The position numbers and the translations under genes were made by a program. From NCBI RefSeq assembly GCF_009914755.1, contig NC_060931.1: DNA of 64,000 nucleotides; one strand, given 5' to 3'. Position 1 is the first letter of the stretch; each line of letters starts with the position of its first letter. The notes below the pieces were generated by a model. That model was not told the DNA's origin. It saw only the letters and a program-made list of their open reading frames with translations, and searched no databases. Source of the DNA: the human T2T-CHM13v2.0 reference genome, Homo sapiens. Of the stretch, positions 43,437-64,000 are shown in pieces.

Positions 43437-44179
43437 TTAACAATACAGATTTTTATATTTAACACTTTACAAAAAAATGGAGTTAATAATTGAAAATGAA
43501 AGAAAATAATGGCTGGAGCCTTGTGATGGGTAATCAGGAATTTCTGTATAATTTCCATATTTTTGTTTACATTTTTAACTGCCATAATAAGTTTTAAATA
43601 AAAAATTTAAGTTATTTTTAATAAAACCTTCAAATACTGAACATTAGCCATGTTATGTAATAAAAAATAGGCAGATATCTTCTCATAAATTACAGTAATA
43701 AATTTAGAGATTAGTATCAGATTTGGGTATTGAGATTGGTTTTGAAGAAGCGATGAATGTGCAGCTTTTGCATTAGCAATAGGCTACTCTGACTGTAGAG
43801 ACGGGTGCCATCAACCAACTTTATGTTAGATTGCTTCTCCAAATATTTTTAATTAATTAATTTTTAATTTTTCCTCATTCTATGATGACATCATTACTTA
43901 TTTGTAACAATTGAGTTACAGTAGTCTTCTGTAAATGACTTCAGTTTTCTAGTCTAGTAAAACCAGATGGTTCCTATCCGTAAATACTCCTTACAAACTG
44001 TTTTCTTTTTGCTTACGTAACCTCTATAATGTTTTTGGTCGCACTTGTGTCCTCTTGTGATATTTAAAGTATCTTCTTCTTCTTTAATACTTATTAAATC
44101 AACAGAAATAACTTTGGTGTTAAAAGTCTGTTACTTGGATTTCTTAAAGTCAGAAGCTATTTTAATACTTTTGGCATGT

Positions 44180-49280
<5,101 letters not shown>

Positions 49281-49779
49281 TTCTCTGGGAAGTATATCTT
49301 ATTTCTTAATTTTACTTTCATCATTTGTGACAACCGATTTATTTATTCCTGTTTTGTGGTATTCTATGTGTAGTAAATGTTTAGGTAACACAAAAATAGA
49401 AATAATAATATAGAATAAGTCTTTTGTCCAATAAATAATCCAAAGTTTTCTTTGTTGTAAGGTGAAGAATGTAATTATATTTTTATCCTTAATGCTTATA
49501 CTTATTATTTGAGGCAATAAAAATCTCAATCTAATCCAAATTAGTAAAACTGACATGTAACTTTGGCTTTTATCAAGAGGGCAGATTGAATTGACCCCAT
49601 AAATTTTATGAAAATTTTTTAAAGACAGGAAATTAATTTTAATAATAAATGCAAAACAATATCATATTTGAATGATAATATGGAAAAGATAATTTGATAA
49701 ATTAGAGAGGTTACTACTTAGCATATGTAGATGAATATATAACAAAACTGTGATAAATATATGTATATGTAATTTATCT

Positions 49780-50285
49780 TTAATGAAGATGAAAATTCTG
49801 CCATTTTCAACAACGTTGAAGAACCATGAAGACATTATGCTAAGTAAAATAAGCCAGATACAAAAAGACAAGTACCGCGTGATTTCGTATTTATGTGAAA
49901 TCTTTAATAACTCAGAGTCATAGGAAAAGAAGAATAATAATTACTACGGGCTAGGGTGTGGGAGGAAATGACAAGGCATCAGTCAAAAGATACATACTTT
50001 CAGCTAGAAAATACATAAATGATGGGAATGTAACATATAGACTGGTGACAATAGTTAATAATACTGTATACTTAAAATTTTTGAAAATCAAATCTCAAGT
50101 AATCTCACCACACATACCCACTCACACACAGACACATAAAGTAACTATGTAAAGTGATAAATATGTTAACTAGCTTAACCGAGGTAATTAAAAAATGTAT
50201 ACATGTCTCAAAACATCATATTCTAAATCCTAAATATATACACCTTTAGTTTGTCAATTATACCTCAATTAATGTATTTAAAAAG
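49780..50285 (+). mobile_element. L1MA/MB 3' end
   Basis: gacattatgctaagtaaaataagccag...tgtcaattatacctcaat. Confidence 0.75.
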
Positions 50286-51587
50286 TTAAAGGTAATTAAC
50301 AAGTATTATCTAGCCACATGTAAACTCCATTTAGAACCATTTTCAACATCTTCTGGATTAAATAAAAAATCTAAATCCGCATTATGTTTTTGATATCAGG
50401 GAAGTGCTAATGAGAAATAATGGTAATTGTAGAAAAAATCTGAATTAAGGTAAATGATTTAACCCATATTAGCTTTATATGATATAAAACAGTAATTCTG
50501 GCTGTATATTCATTGGAGTGTTTCTGAAATTTGTGCATAATACATATGTAATACATACATAGTAGTAAAAAGTAATCACACTTCACAAATTATTACAATA
50601 TGGTGTATTAGTAAGGAGGTCTTCTACATGAAGAAACTTGAGATTTCACACAAGATGACGTTTTATGTCATAGACAATCTATGAGACATATTTTACTAAT
50701 GTATGCAACTGTTGCTATTTATGCTTTTCAGGAAAATAATGTATATATTCTAAATATTTAATACAGATAATTAAAATTGTCAAGAAGTTAAAACAATCCA
50801 CATTATGCTAAATATAGTTGAAGAAAAATATGAGAAATTCCCAGGACCAGGAGTAAATGAAGGGAATAATCCAGTGGAGTAGTCAACCTAAGAAGCACGT
50901 GCTCTATTCAGACAGGACTAATCACAAGAACATCAGATTCATGTGGGTTCAACTTCCAACAAGGCAAATGGAATCAGCAAAGAAACATACAGACTGGAGA
51001 CATTCCAAGTATGATATCTTCCATATGTGAAAACTAAGTTATACATTATGTTGCACACAATTAGATAAACTACCAAGATGAAGAGTCAAAAGAAATTGTA
51101 TGGTACATAAACATCAGATATTTGGCTTATGTTTAAATATTTTTCAATACAATGAAAAAACAGAAAACCAAAGTAATGGGCAAAGAAAAAAAACTAGAAG
51201 CTTCTCAAGTCATATCTGAAAAAAAAGCAAATTGAAAGTAAGCTATTACAAATGTGGTGAAACAATGTAATGTACAACATATGGGTTACATATGAAAATA
51301 CACTGAGCTGATGAGAGGCCAATAAAATAGAATACTAACCAAAATTGATGTAGTTACATATTTTACAGAAGGCGAATTAATAGAGAATGAAATATATACA
51401 TATATGAAGATTGGATTGAGAAGAAATGAACATCTAATTGCTTTACTAGACTATATAAAAAAAGAAATATTTAAAGAATTGGTGATTAAATAGTTTCTAA
51501 AACTGAAAACCTTTAAATCCTTTAAAAGTTTAGAAGTGTAATGTAGTATCAAGAAGAGATTTAAAAATTCTTAAGTAAAGTAATAGT

Positions 51588-52555
51588 TTGGCTATTACAA
51601 TTAGTGATGCAATAAACATGGTAATAATGTTGCCTCTTTGACATACTGATTTTATTTCCTTTTGATATATACCCAGTATTGAAATTGCTGAATCATAGGG
51701 TAGTTCTATTTTTAATTTTTGGAAGAATCTACATACTGTTTTTCCTAAAACAGAATAATAATCTGTCATTTACAGCAACATCGATTTACCTGGAGGACAT
51801 TATGTTAATTAAAATATGCCAAGCATAAAAAGACAAACCCCACATGATATCATTTTTATGTAAAATTTAAAGCTGATCTCATGGAAGTAGAGTAAAATGG
51901 CCAGAGGCTGGAAAGGATGTGGGGAGGAAGAGATGAGAACAGGTTTGCCAATGACTGCAACATTATCATTTAAAAGAAAGAATAGGCCGGGCATGGTGGC
52001 TCACACCTGTAATCCTAGCACTTTGGGAGACAGAGGCAGATGGATCACCTGAGGCCAGGAGTTCGAGACCGGCCTGGCCAACATGGTGAATCCCTGTCTC
52101 TACAAAAAATACAAAAATTAGCTGGTCATGGTGGCGAGTGCCTGTAATCCCGGCTACATGGGAGGCTGAGGCACAAGAATTGCTTGAACCCTGGAGGTGG
52201 AGGTTATAGTGAGCAGAGATTGTGCAACTACACTCCAGCCTGGGTAACAGAGCGAGACTCTGTCGCAAAAAAAAAAATAAAATAAAATAAATTTAAAAAT
52301 AACAGAAAGAATAAATTTTTGTGTTATGTTACACAAAGTAGGGTGACTATAATTAATAATAATATGTTATTATATAGGTTAAGTTAGCTAGAAGACAGAA
52401 TTTTGCATATTATCAGCACAGAGAAATGACAAATATTGAAAACAATGGCTATGTTAATTATTCTGGTTCTATTAGACAATGAATAAATGCACTGAAATAT
52501 CACACTGTATCCCATAAATGTGTACAATTATATGTCAATTTTAAATTAAATAAAC
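51588..52555 (+). mobile_element. Old L1MA 3' end with inverted 5' piece (51588-51745), containing an Alu at 51985-52291 (+)
   Basis: An antisense ORF2-end segment abuts the sense 3'UTR segment. Confidence 0.7.
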
Positions 52556-52599
52556 CTTAATTTGAAAAAGGTCAAACTTCGTAACACCAACATGAAGAA

Positions 52600-54410
<1,811 letters not shown>

Positions 54411-54438
54411 AAAAGCATGCTTAGAAAAATTATTATTC

Positions 54439-55550
<1,112 letters not shown>

Positions 55551-55631
55551 TTATTTAAATCAGATAGCAAATTCTGTGTTTTTAAATAATTTAATTAATG
55601 ACAGCAAAATTATTTTTAGAAAATTTTATCA

Positions 55632-56548
55632 CTAACTTGTTAAAAAGGGATGGCACGTCCAATGAACCTTTGGCAGAATACTGATGATTCTTTTATCAGA
55701 TCTGATTAGCACCATAGGACTGACAGTGGCATAGGCATTGACCATAAACTTGTGGACACTGTAGATGACAGGGCTGAATACCCATAACAACATTGTGGAG
55801 GATGAGACAATTAAGTCCAATGAGTACATAACCACAAAGAAACTCACCAGCAGCAAGATGGTCTTGGTGGCCCTTTTCTCTGGGGAGGTTCTTAATAAAA
55901 AGCTAGTGCTGTGAAGGTGCTGGGAGCGCCTCTGATGCCTGGACAAGAGAATCACCATGTAGGCACTTGAGAGCGGCATGATTCCTACAAGGAAGACATC
56001 TCTGGATAACGACAGAGTAACAAACAGCCTTCTGATGGTGACATTCATTGGGGAAAGTGAGCAGTATTTACTGACATTCAGAATTATCTGGGTCACATTG
56101 GAAAAACCTACAATGTAACTTATCATGTCACTGTTGAAAGAAAAATTGAGGGACCAAAGAATAATAAAGCCAGGATATTGTATTTTGTGATTTTATGTTT
56201 AAATCTCACCAACCAGGAGGTGCTGGGGCTAATGGTGATGGCCTGAAGCATGCTCAGGAGAGAGGTTGTGCAGATCAAGAGGCCCCTCATTGCCTTGTAT
56301 GTGTAGAACACAGCCTTACATCTGAAGTTATTCTGAAAATTCTGTGACTCAAACCCATCTGGAGACAATAGCTTTGCTGCAATGACTAGCATCAGTATGT
56401 GAACAAAGGTCAAGTGACAGATGATCAGGTCATGGTTTTTAGGCTTGTGATCCTTAAAGAATATAAAAATGTGCCAGAGAAGAAGAAATATGTTGGCCGA
56501 GATTCCAATGCCAGCTTGAAAATAAAAGGCCTTTTTCAAAGATAACAT
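55632..56548 (-). pseudogene. Vomeronasal type-1 receptor (V1R/VN1R) pseudogene with a single frameshift
   Basis: V1R motifs GISANIFLL, MRGLLICTTSLLSMLQAITISP, HQRRSQHLHSTS and SPEKRATKTILLLVSFF lie in two ORFs (56123-56548 and 55632-56126) offset by one missing base at 56156-56158. Confidence 0.95.
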
Positions 56549-57406
56549 ATGAAATGTGTGTTCATCCTAATGATGTAGAAGAAACATATTTTGAAGACCT
56601 GAAAAAAATACATCTGTGTCATCAATGTTCTTTTGTCAGTGTTCAAAATTATTACCATTATGATTATTTTTATTTTACTCTCATTTTCTTGATTAACCCC
56701 ATCTTATATAAATTCTTGATAATGTATCTCCTGCACTATTTTCTAAACCAAATAAATGTATACATATATAATTATGAATATATATAACAAATACATTTTC
56801 AATTATGCCTGTATAAGGTGCACACTATCTATATTCCTCACGTACCTTGGCCTTCATCTCAGTAATCATATCCTTGTTTTATGTTCTCTTATTTTATATT
56901 TACTACTTCAATCGGGCATATAAAATGAATAGCATTTGTACAGTGGAATTGAATTAAATGTATGTTAATGAGAAAAGACTCACTAAAACAATTAAAAATA
57001 TATATTCAGTTAAGACTTTCTCATGGTCTATCATTTTGATGAAATTCATTCATCATCAGTCTTCCATGGTTTTTGACCCTTGTGATTTTACTGGACTCAC
57101 CATGATAATTCATGATATTTCATCAGCATATTAGCAATTTTTATCCTATCTGCACCCTTATATTCTCTTTGTCATGAATTATAATGTGTAATGTGATATC
57201 TTGGAATTCAAATGTCAATATCCTTAGAGGGACTGGGGGACATTGTTCTGCTTAATCAAACCCTAATTTACTGTATATAATATAGAAATAGTTCTGGCTG
57301 TCTCAGTTTAGTTCATATCCCAGAGATTTATTATGTGATTTCTCTTTATCTCAGAACACATTTTTTAATATTTTCCTCTCAGTTACCAACATGATAAACA
57401 CTACCC

Positions 57407-57671
57407 TTTTTTTTTGAGACAGAGTCTTACTCTGTCGCCCAGGCTGGAGTGCAGTGGCATAATCTCTGCTCAGTGCAACCTCCACCTCCTGTGTTCAAGC
57501 AATTCTCTTGCCTTAGCCTCCCAAGTGGCGCCCACCATGTGGCACCCACCATCATACTAGCTAATTTTTGTATTTTTAGTAGAGGTGATTTCACCATGTT
57601 GGCCAGGCTGGTCTCAAATTTCTGACCTCCCAAAGTGCTGGGATTACAGCCGTGGGCCACCGAGCCCAGCC
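57407..57671 (-). mobile_element. AluS with internal deletions
   Basis: Antisense Alu; TSD cactac. Confidence 0.85.
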
Positions 57672-60600
57672 ACTACTTTTAATTACTTTGTTTCAACCAT
57701 GAAGTTGCATCAACATAGTCACATCTTCCTGAGACTTCACTTAATACAGAGACACTCTACCATGCCTAGAAAAATACGTAGTCTTCAATAAGAAAAATAA
57801 TTCCTCTCAAGTTTTCTTGGGATAACTTCAATACTATAACACCTTGTAAAATTTTGCATAATAATTTTGCAGTTACCATTTCATATTATTTGGCCAAGAT
57901 TCAGACATCATTTATCATTTTAATTTAATTCAGGGCTAAGAACAATTTAGCTTCATGACATTAAAAAAGTGAAACACCATTAAATTCACTCAGTTTTTTT
58001 TAAATAAAAGTGTGTCTGATTCAAGGTCACTTATCATTATACAATTCCATAAATAAAAATATATGAGACAATGCAAAAATGTTGACACTGAGTATCCTTG
58101 GATAATAATCAAAAATTAGTGACTGAGAAAATGTTGCTCTAAAACCACCAGATATGTTTGATTTTATAAAGGAAACATCTAGTTGACTAAATGGTTATTA
58201 CTCTTTCTACAAAACTTTAATAAGTAAACACATTTATCTTAGAAACAAACAGTGAAAGGTTTCCACCAGCACACATCTACACCATCAGCGCGGTTGAGTT
58301 CTGCTGTCAAGTTGAAATCGGAAAAAAACACAAAGTAATTTTAAATTAAAGACTTAATGGTATCCAAATTTTAAGGATCACACTTCAGTACTAGAAAAAT
58401 ATATTTGAACATGAGATAATAATATATGTACAAATGAGTTATTAACTATATATCTGTATAGTTTTATTAACATAAGCCATATATTATGAACCACACACCA
58501 AAAGAAGATATAGGACAAATAATTAGATTAAATAACATAGATAAGAATTTTAATATTTTATTTTTTCACCGTATAAAACATCCAGTTGATACTAATTCAT
58601 TCTCCTTACTCTGTAAATAACCTGAACATACTGAAACAGAATAATCTGCCTTATCAAATGGTGTATTTTTCCACTGAGGCTCTTGAGAGCATTGATGCTG
58701 ATCCCAGACGAGATCAGCAATCTTGGTCATCACAATCTTGGTTGTCATAAATTAGAGCACACAAATAGAGTACGATTGAATTGATTGTCTCTTCAAAAAC
58801 TTTTCTCACCTGCCAGAGCTAAACAATTGATAATTGCCTTTAACATATTGCAGAAGTCATTTTTAATCCAAATATTAAACTTAGCTCTGTTCTATGTTTT
58901 TATCTGATAAGTCTGACAACTACACCATGGAAGAATTATGGAATTTGCATTAATATGATGCCAAACTGGGTGAAACAAAATAGGAAAAAATCCATAGATG
59001 CTACTTTTAGGTTGTTCAGAGTGGAAAGAAAAATTTGGTTCTTTGTGACCCATTAAAAATTTCAAAATCTGAATGCACAGCTTAGCTCTCACCATTAGAA
59101 GTGATAACCTAAGGCTGCTGAGGCTGACAGTGAAGCTCCTGAGCACTCTCAGTAAACACAAAATGCAGCTCAAGTTTATTCTCATTATACTGTCTTTCAC
59201 TTTAGTGTATTCCCAATATTCTTAAGTCCCAAAGTGTATAAATAATCATGTATAATAGGGGAATAACACTATTATACAGACCATGAATGAAAATCTGATC
59301 ATAAAAAACATAAGCTTAGATCAGACATCTGAAGCAAAGATAAAGGGTGTATAAAGGGAAAAAGCTGTTTTGCGTATGATGGATATGTTATTTGTAGAAA
59401 AAGAAGTTAGATAAAATATAGTTCCTCATCTTTATTATAAAACATAGTTTTTGAGTATTGTTATTTTATTAATAATGTTATTTGAATAGTGATGTTTGCA
59501 CTCTCTTGTGTAGATTTAAAATATAATCTATATAAATGTAAAGCATTTTTATTATATTGATAAAAAGACTCATTTTTATCATTCATTTACAACATTTATT
59601 GAGCAGCCTTGTTAGCCCTATGAATTTTAGATGCCAGGGAGAAGGGGTTTGTTGTTAAGTGGCAATAAATGGCAAACTGAAAAATCCAGCCGGCAAATTT
59701 AGAAAAGAAAAAATGTTTCCCTCAAGATTAGGCCTGTTAAAAAGAAGTTTTATAAAATACACCAAGACTAAAATAATAAATATGGTAAGTATCAGATCCA
59801 TTGAATGATCGTAATGCATTTGCCACTCTTTGGAAGTTGAAATTAGTGTAGACTGCAGCTAGAAGCACAATGCTTGCTGACACGGATATTTATAATTTCA
59901 AGACATTTAATTCCCAGCTTCCTTGGAGGAAAAAATAAGCAGGAAAATCATTACTTTAAATGTGGGCAATAGAAAAATACTGGAGGGACTTGATCACAAA
60001 TTCTATGCTACCAATTTTGAAAAGCCTAAAATCCTTTTGGAAGAGTGTTTCTTTCCAGTTATTTCAACTGAGGAGATACCAGCTAAGTGTAACACTAACT
60101 TTTTCCTAAAAATTTGAAAGGTGTTGTACAATCATGCCCCTGTGTATCACAGTATAGATAAGAGTCTTACCAAATGTGTCAAATATTGAATTTGGAGAAA
60201 TATTTCCAAGTTGAAAATTGCAATTTGGAAAACCTCGTCTTCTATTCATCATGTACACTTATTATGAGCAGTTGAGGTCCTTTCTCCCTAAATACATAAA
60301 ATGCAGATATGTGAAGCACTTAGAAATGCTTTATTTTTTTCTTGATGTTCAGAGACCTAGTGATTTTGTACTATTATATTTTCCTGAGGGTTTGATACCC
60401 TTATGAGCCACAATTAGACAACCATTATTATTATCTTTTTCTTTTCTGTTTTGACTTCTCCTTATTCCTTTCTCTTACATGTTAAAAAATCGCAGAACTA
60501 GAAAACAGTATTTCCTAATAAAGTTAGACAAAATTAACATATATTTTAACAGCAAAATTGAAATATACTGGCCACCACATTCATGAATATATTTTTAATA

Positions 60601-62877
60601 TATAAATTGCAAGTTTGAAACTTACCGAGGAAGCTGTAAGAGTGCAAAACTTGGAGAATTTTTTGTAATAAGGAAATGCTATTTTCCTCAAATTTTGAAG
60701 AATATTATTCTCTTCGTTATTGAAAATCTTACCCAAACTAACATATAGAACATTTTATAAGTTTTAACTTATTAATAAAATATTTATTATATTAGCTGTT
60801 TATATTAATAAAATGTAATACACTAAAGCTGAATTTGTTTTACAAATTTGTAATCATGCTTAATATTAGAAGCTTTTATATATGTGATGTAGTGATTAAC
60901 TCTACAAAATGTGATAAATGACAAAAAGAGGTATTTGTTTACAGTTTCATAGTAACCAGAACTAAATCCTGTGTGTGCAATAACTATACCAAAATAAAAC
61001 AAAATAATTTTATGGTCATTCACTGAAAGCTAATTAATGTAAAATATTAAATAATAATCACGTTTTGAGATGACTCTAAAAATTATTATATACTTAAGTG
61101 TTTTCAAATTTAAAAGAACAAAGAAGTACGACTAAATTCTTAAGAATTAGTTCAGATTTCTTGTGTTTCAAAATATAAAATTTTACCTAGGTATATACAG
61201 TAAGTTAAACTGAGAAAAAGCTAATATAGTAAGAAATAAAATACAATTACAATTCAAATGCAATATTACAAAATTAACAAAGTATAAGATCAGTATGTTA
61301 TGACCTCAGTATTCACAAAGTTGCATTTTTCATTTGGAATCATCTATTGTACTTAGATATGATTCACTGAGACATGACTGAAATTAGGAAAAGACAATGA
61401 TCCTAGCTCTTAATTGAAAAAATTCTGCCTCATCCCACCACTCACCTGAGTCTTGAGCTCTCACTGTTAATAATGCTGACAGACAGACAGTCACCCAGCT
61501 GGGTTTTTGGAGTGAGTTCATGTTTGTAAGATGAGGCTCACAATATGTGGTTATAAGGAAGCAACGCCATCAGCCCATCCCCTCAAGGCCTATAATTTTC
61601 ACGTCAACTATAAAGATAGTACAAGCTCTGGTTTTGTGATTTTAAGAAAGGGAACCACCAAGGGAAAATTAAACTTTTTGATTCCTAGAAAATACATTAG
61701 AAACAGCTGTGCTCCAACTTTTCCATGTGTAAGCTTATTTCCCCAGGTATATTCAGCCCAGTGGATTGTATGGTGTCTGTTCTTATTAAAAAAAAAAAAA
61801 AAGAGTAGTCTCCCAATTACCCAACCTTCAAAATTAGTAGCACACAATGTCAGATTTTCCACTGCATTACTACAGGTTCAAGTAATTCATGGTTGCCCTC
61901 ATCAATGTTCCCCAGCAATCTCTGATTTTCATGGTCAGAAATAGACCAAAAGCACCTTTGTGAGAATTGGAAAAATCCCACCTCTATCACACCTAAATGG
62001 GTAAAGTGCTCCATTTTCCTGAGGACACAGTTCTGAGTCAGGGCACTAGACATGGGAGCAAAATATAGGCTGCTTTATACCTCTCATTAATTTGTCCAGG
62101 TACATTTATAGAGTATAGAAATGCACATCTATTTCAAGCAATGAGTGTTTGGATACAAACTCTCCATGCCAAGAAATTTTTTTTTAGATATGAAGTATCA
62201 AAGGGTTATTCTACCACCTTGACCCTCAGGTTTCTTTGTGGCTTCCACTCACAGGAGTGCTTTACACACTCAGTAGTAGAGCACACATTTTATAGCAAAG
62301 GCCATATTTTTGCTTCTGTGACACCCATCAAACACGATTCTATTAAAACTAAAGTTAACATTAATCATAATTATCACTGCCTATTTGCTTTCTTAGTCTA
62401 ATATTGTATGTTAAATTGTTGTACGTTAAAATAGTGACTTTTATTTCAATAAACCTGTGGGTCTTAGCACAGTGCAGGCACTCAGCCTTTTTAGTTTCAG
62501 CGTGGCTGTGCTCTCATGCATCCATCTTTAATTCTCTAAAAAGCATGTCCTCCATTTGGCCTAAGTCAGGACCAAACAACTCACAGACTTCTATTGTCCG
62601 TAAGTTTAATTCTTCCTGCTCTCTGCATCCCAGTCTAACGTATCATCAGCTGCCATCAATGTAATTTTATTTTCAATTCAATTTAAAAACAATTTCAAAT
62701 CCATTTTTTAGATCATAATTTAGTTGCCTTTTGGAAGCCTTTCAATTTCATTTAAATCTTTGTGTCTACTCATCAAAGAAAAACTGTCAAGAAATAATCT
62801 TCTGAATGTGAAAGCTATCAATAAAAAATAAAGGCAAATAAGGCCTTTCTAGGTAAACAAAAACTGAGTTGATTTCA

Positions 62878-63144
<267 letters not shown>

Positions 63145-63883
63145 TCATGTCATTATAAAAGACATCATGCATATATTTTTTAATTTCTTATATTATTTTA
63201 AAAAATGAATGCATAACAATATAAATAAAATTGTATTGTTGGACCAATTACAAATACATGTAATATACTTACCAATAACTAAACAAAACAGGTGAGTGAT
63301 AGCATGTTTTGCAATAAAAATTAGCTGAATATTCTGGAACAAATGAGAAAATTCAGAAATGGGAAATAAAAAGTTAATATCAAACAATTTGTAGATATAT
63401 CTTTGCTCTTTTTTCTTTTTTATCTCATTTTTAAAATTGAAATTATATAAAATAATATGTGTAAAATAATAAGTTTATAGCATGTGTCGATATAATAAGT
63501 GTAAAATTTATATCACAAAACGAGAAGCAGAAATAGAAATACATAGAACTAACGTTTGTATAACTCATCAGTATTGTTATTATAAATGTAAAACAGATTC
63601 TGAGGAATGAAGATGTATATCAGAAGCCCTAAAAGAACAAGAGATAGCTCCAAATATACATTAAAAATTATTTTTAAAATTGCAATGTTATATAAAAATG
63701 CTTTCTTAATGCAAAATAAGGCAAAATAGTAGAAAAAGAAATAAAATACACATGATATGTAGAAAACAAAAATAATACAGAAAAAATAAATCGAACTATA
63801 CGAATAATACTAAATATAAAAAAGATTAATTAATTAAATAAGAAAAACTAAGATTGTTAGACAGAATACAAAAATAAGAATCC

Positions 63884-64000
63884 CTGCTACTCAGGAGGCT
63901 GAGGCAGGAGAATCGCTTGAACCCAGGAGGCGGAGGTTGCAGTGAGACAAGAACACACCAGGCACTCCAGCCTGGGTGACAGAGTGAGACTCTGTCTAAA
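63884..64000 (+). mobile_element. Partial Alu right arm (runs to the window end)
   Basis: gctactcaggaggctgaggcaggagaatcgc... Confidence 0.85.

Noticed and set aside
61531-61944. 137-aa plus-strand ORF
   Set aside because: No recognisable domain; it crosses a poly-A run and is likely a chance ORF.

Overview
Primate (human-like) pericentromeric mosaic with no intact protein-coding gene. From left to right: about 4 kb of unassigned sequence; about 43 diverged, reverse-oriented alpha-satellite monomers (4.07-11.53 kb); a beta-satellite-like array; an MLT2A1 LTR with HERV-L gag/pro cut off abruptly at ~16.14 kb; a ~14-kb block resembling a duplicated gene 5' region (GC-rich promoter split by a 5'-inverted L1PA, a candidate first exon, L2/MIR relics and a 311-bp, 98.7%-identical inverted repeat); a MER61-family solo LTR and an old L1; a minus-strand KRAB-ZNF remnant with KRAB-A and KRAB-B exons but no zinc-finger exon; a YWHAE (14-3-3 epsilon) processed pseudogene that captured a 33-nt stop-containing extra exon; and a V1R vomeronasal receptor broken by a single 1-nt frameshift. 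This combination fits the 7q11.21 KRAB-ZNF cluster around YWHAEP1 (inference, not verified by alignment). The most notable signals are the long inverted repeat, the one-lesion V1R, the fossil YWHAE splice isoform, a vestigial 8-mer order in old alpha satellite, and several fold-back or twin-priming scars. Repeat subfamily calls were made by eye and are approximate.
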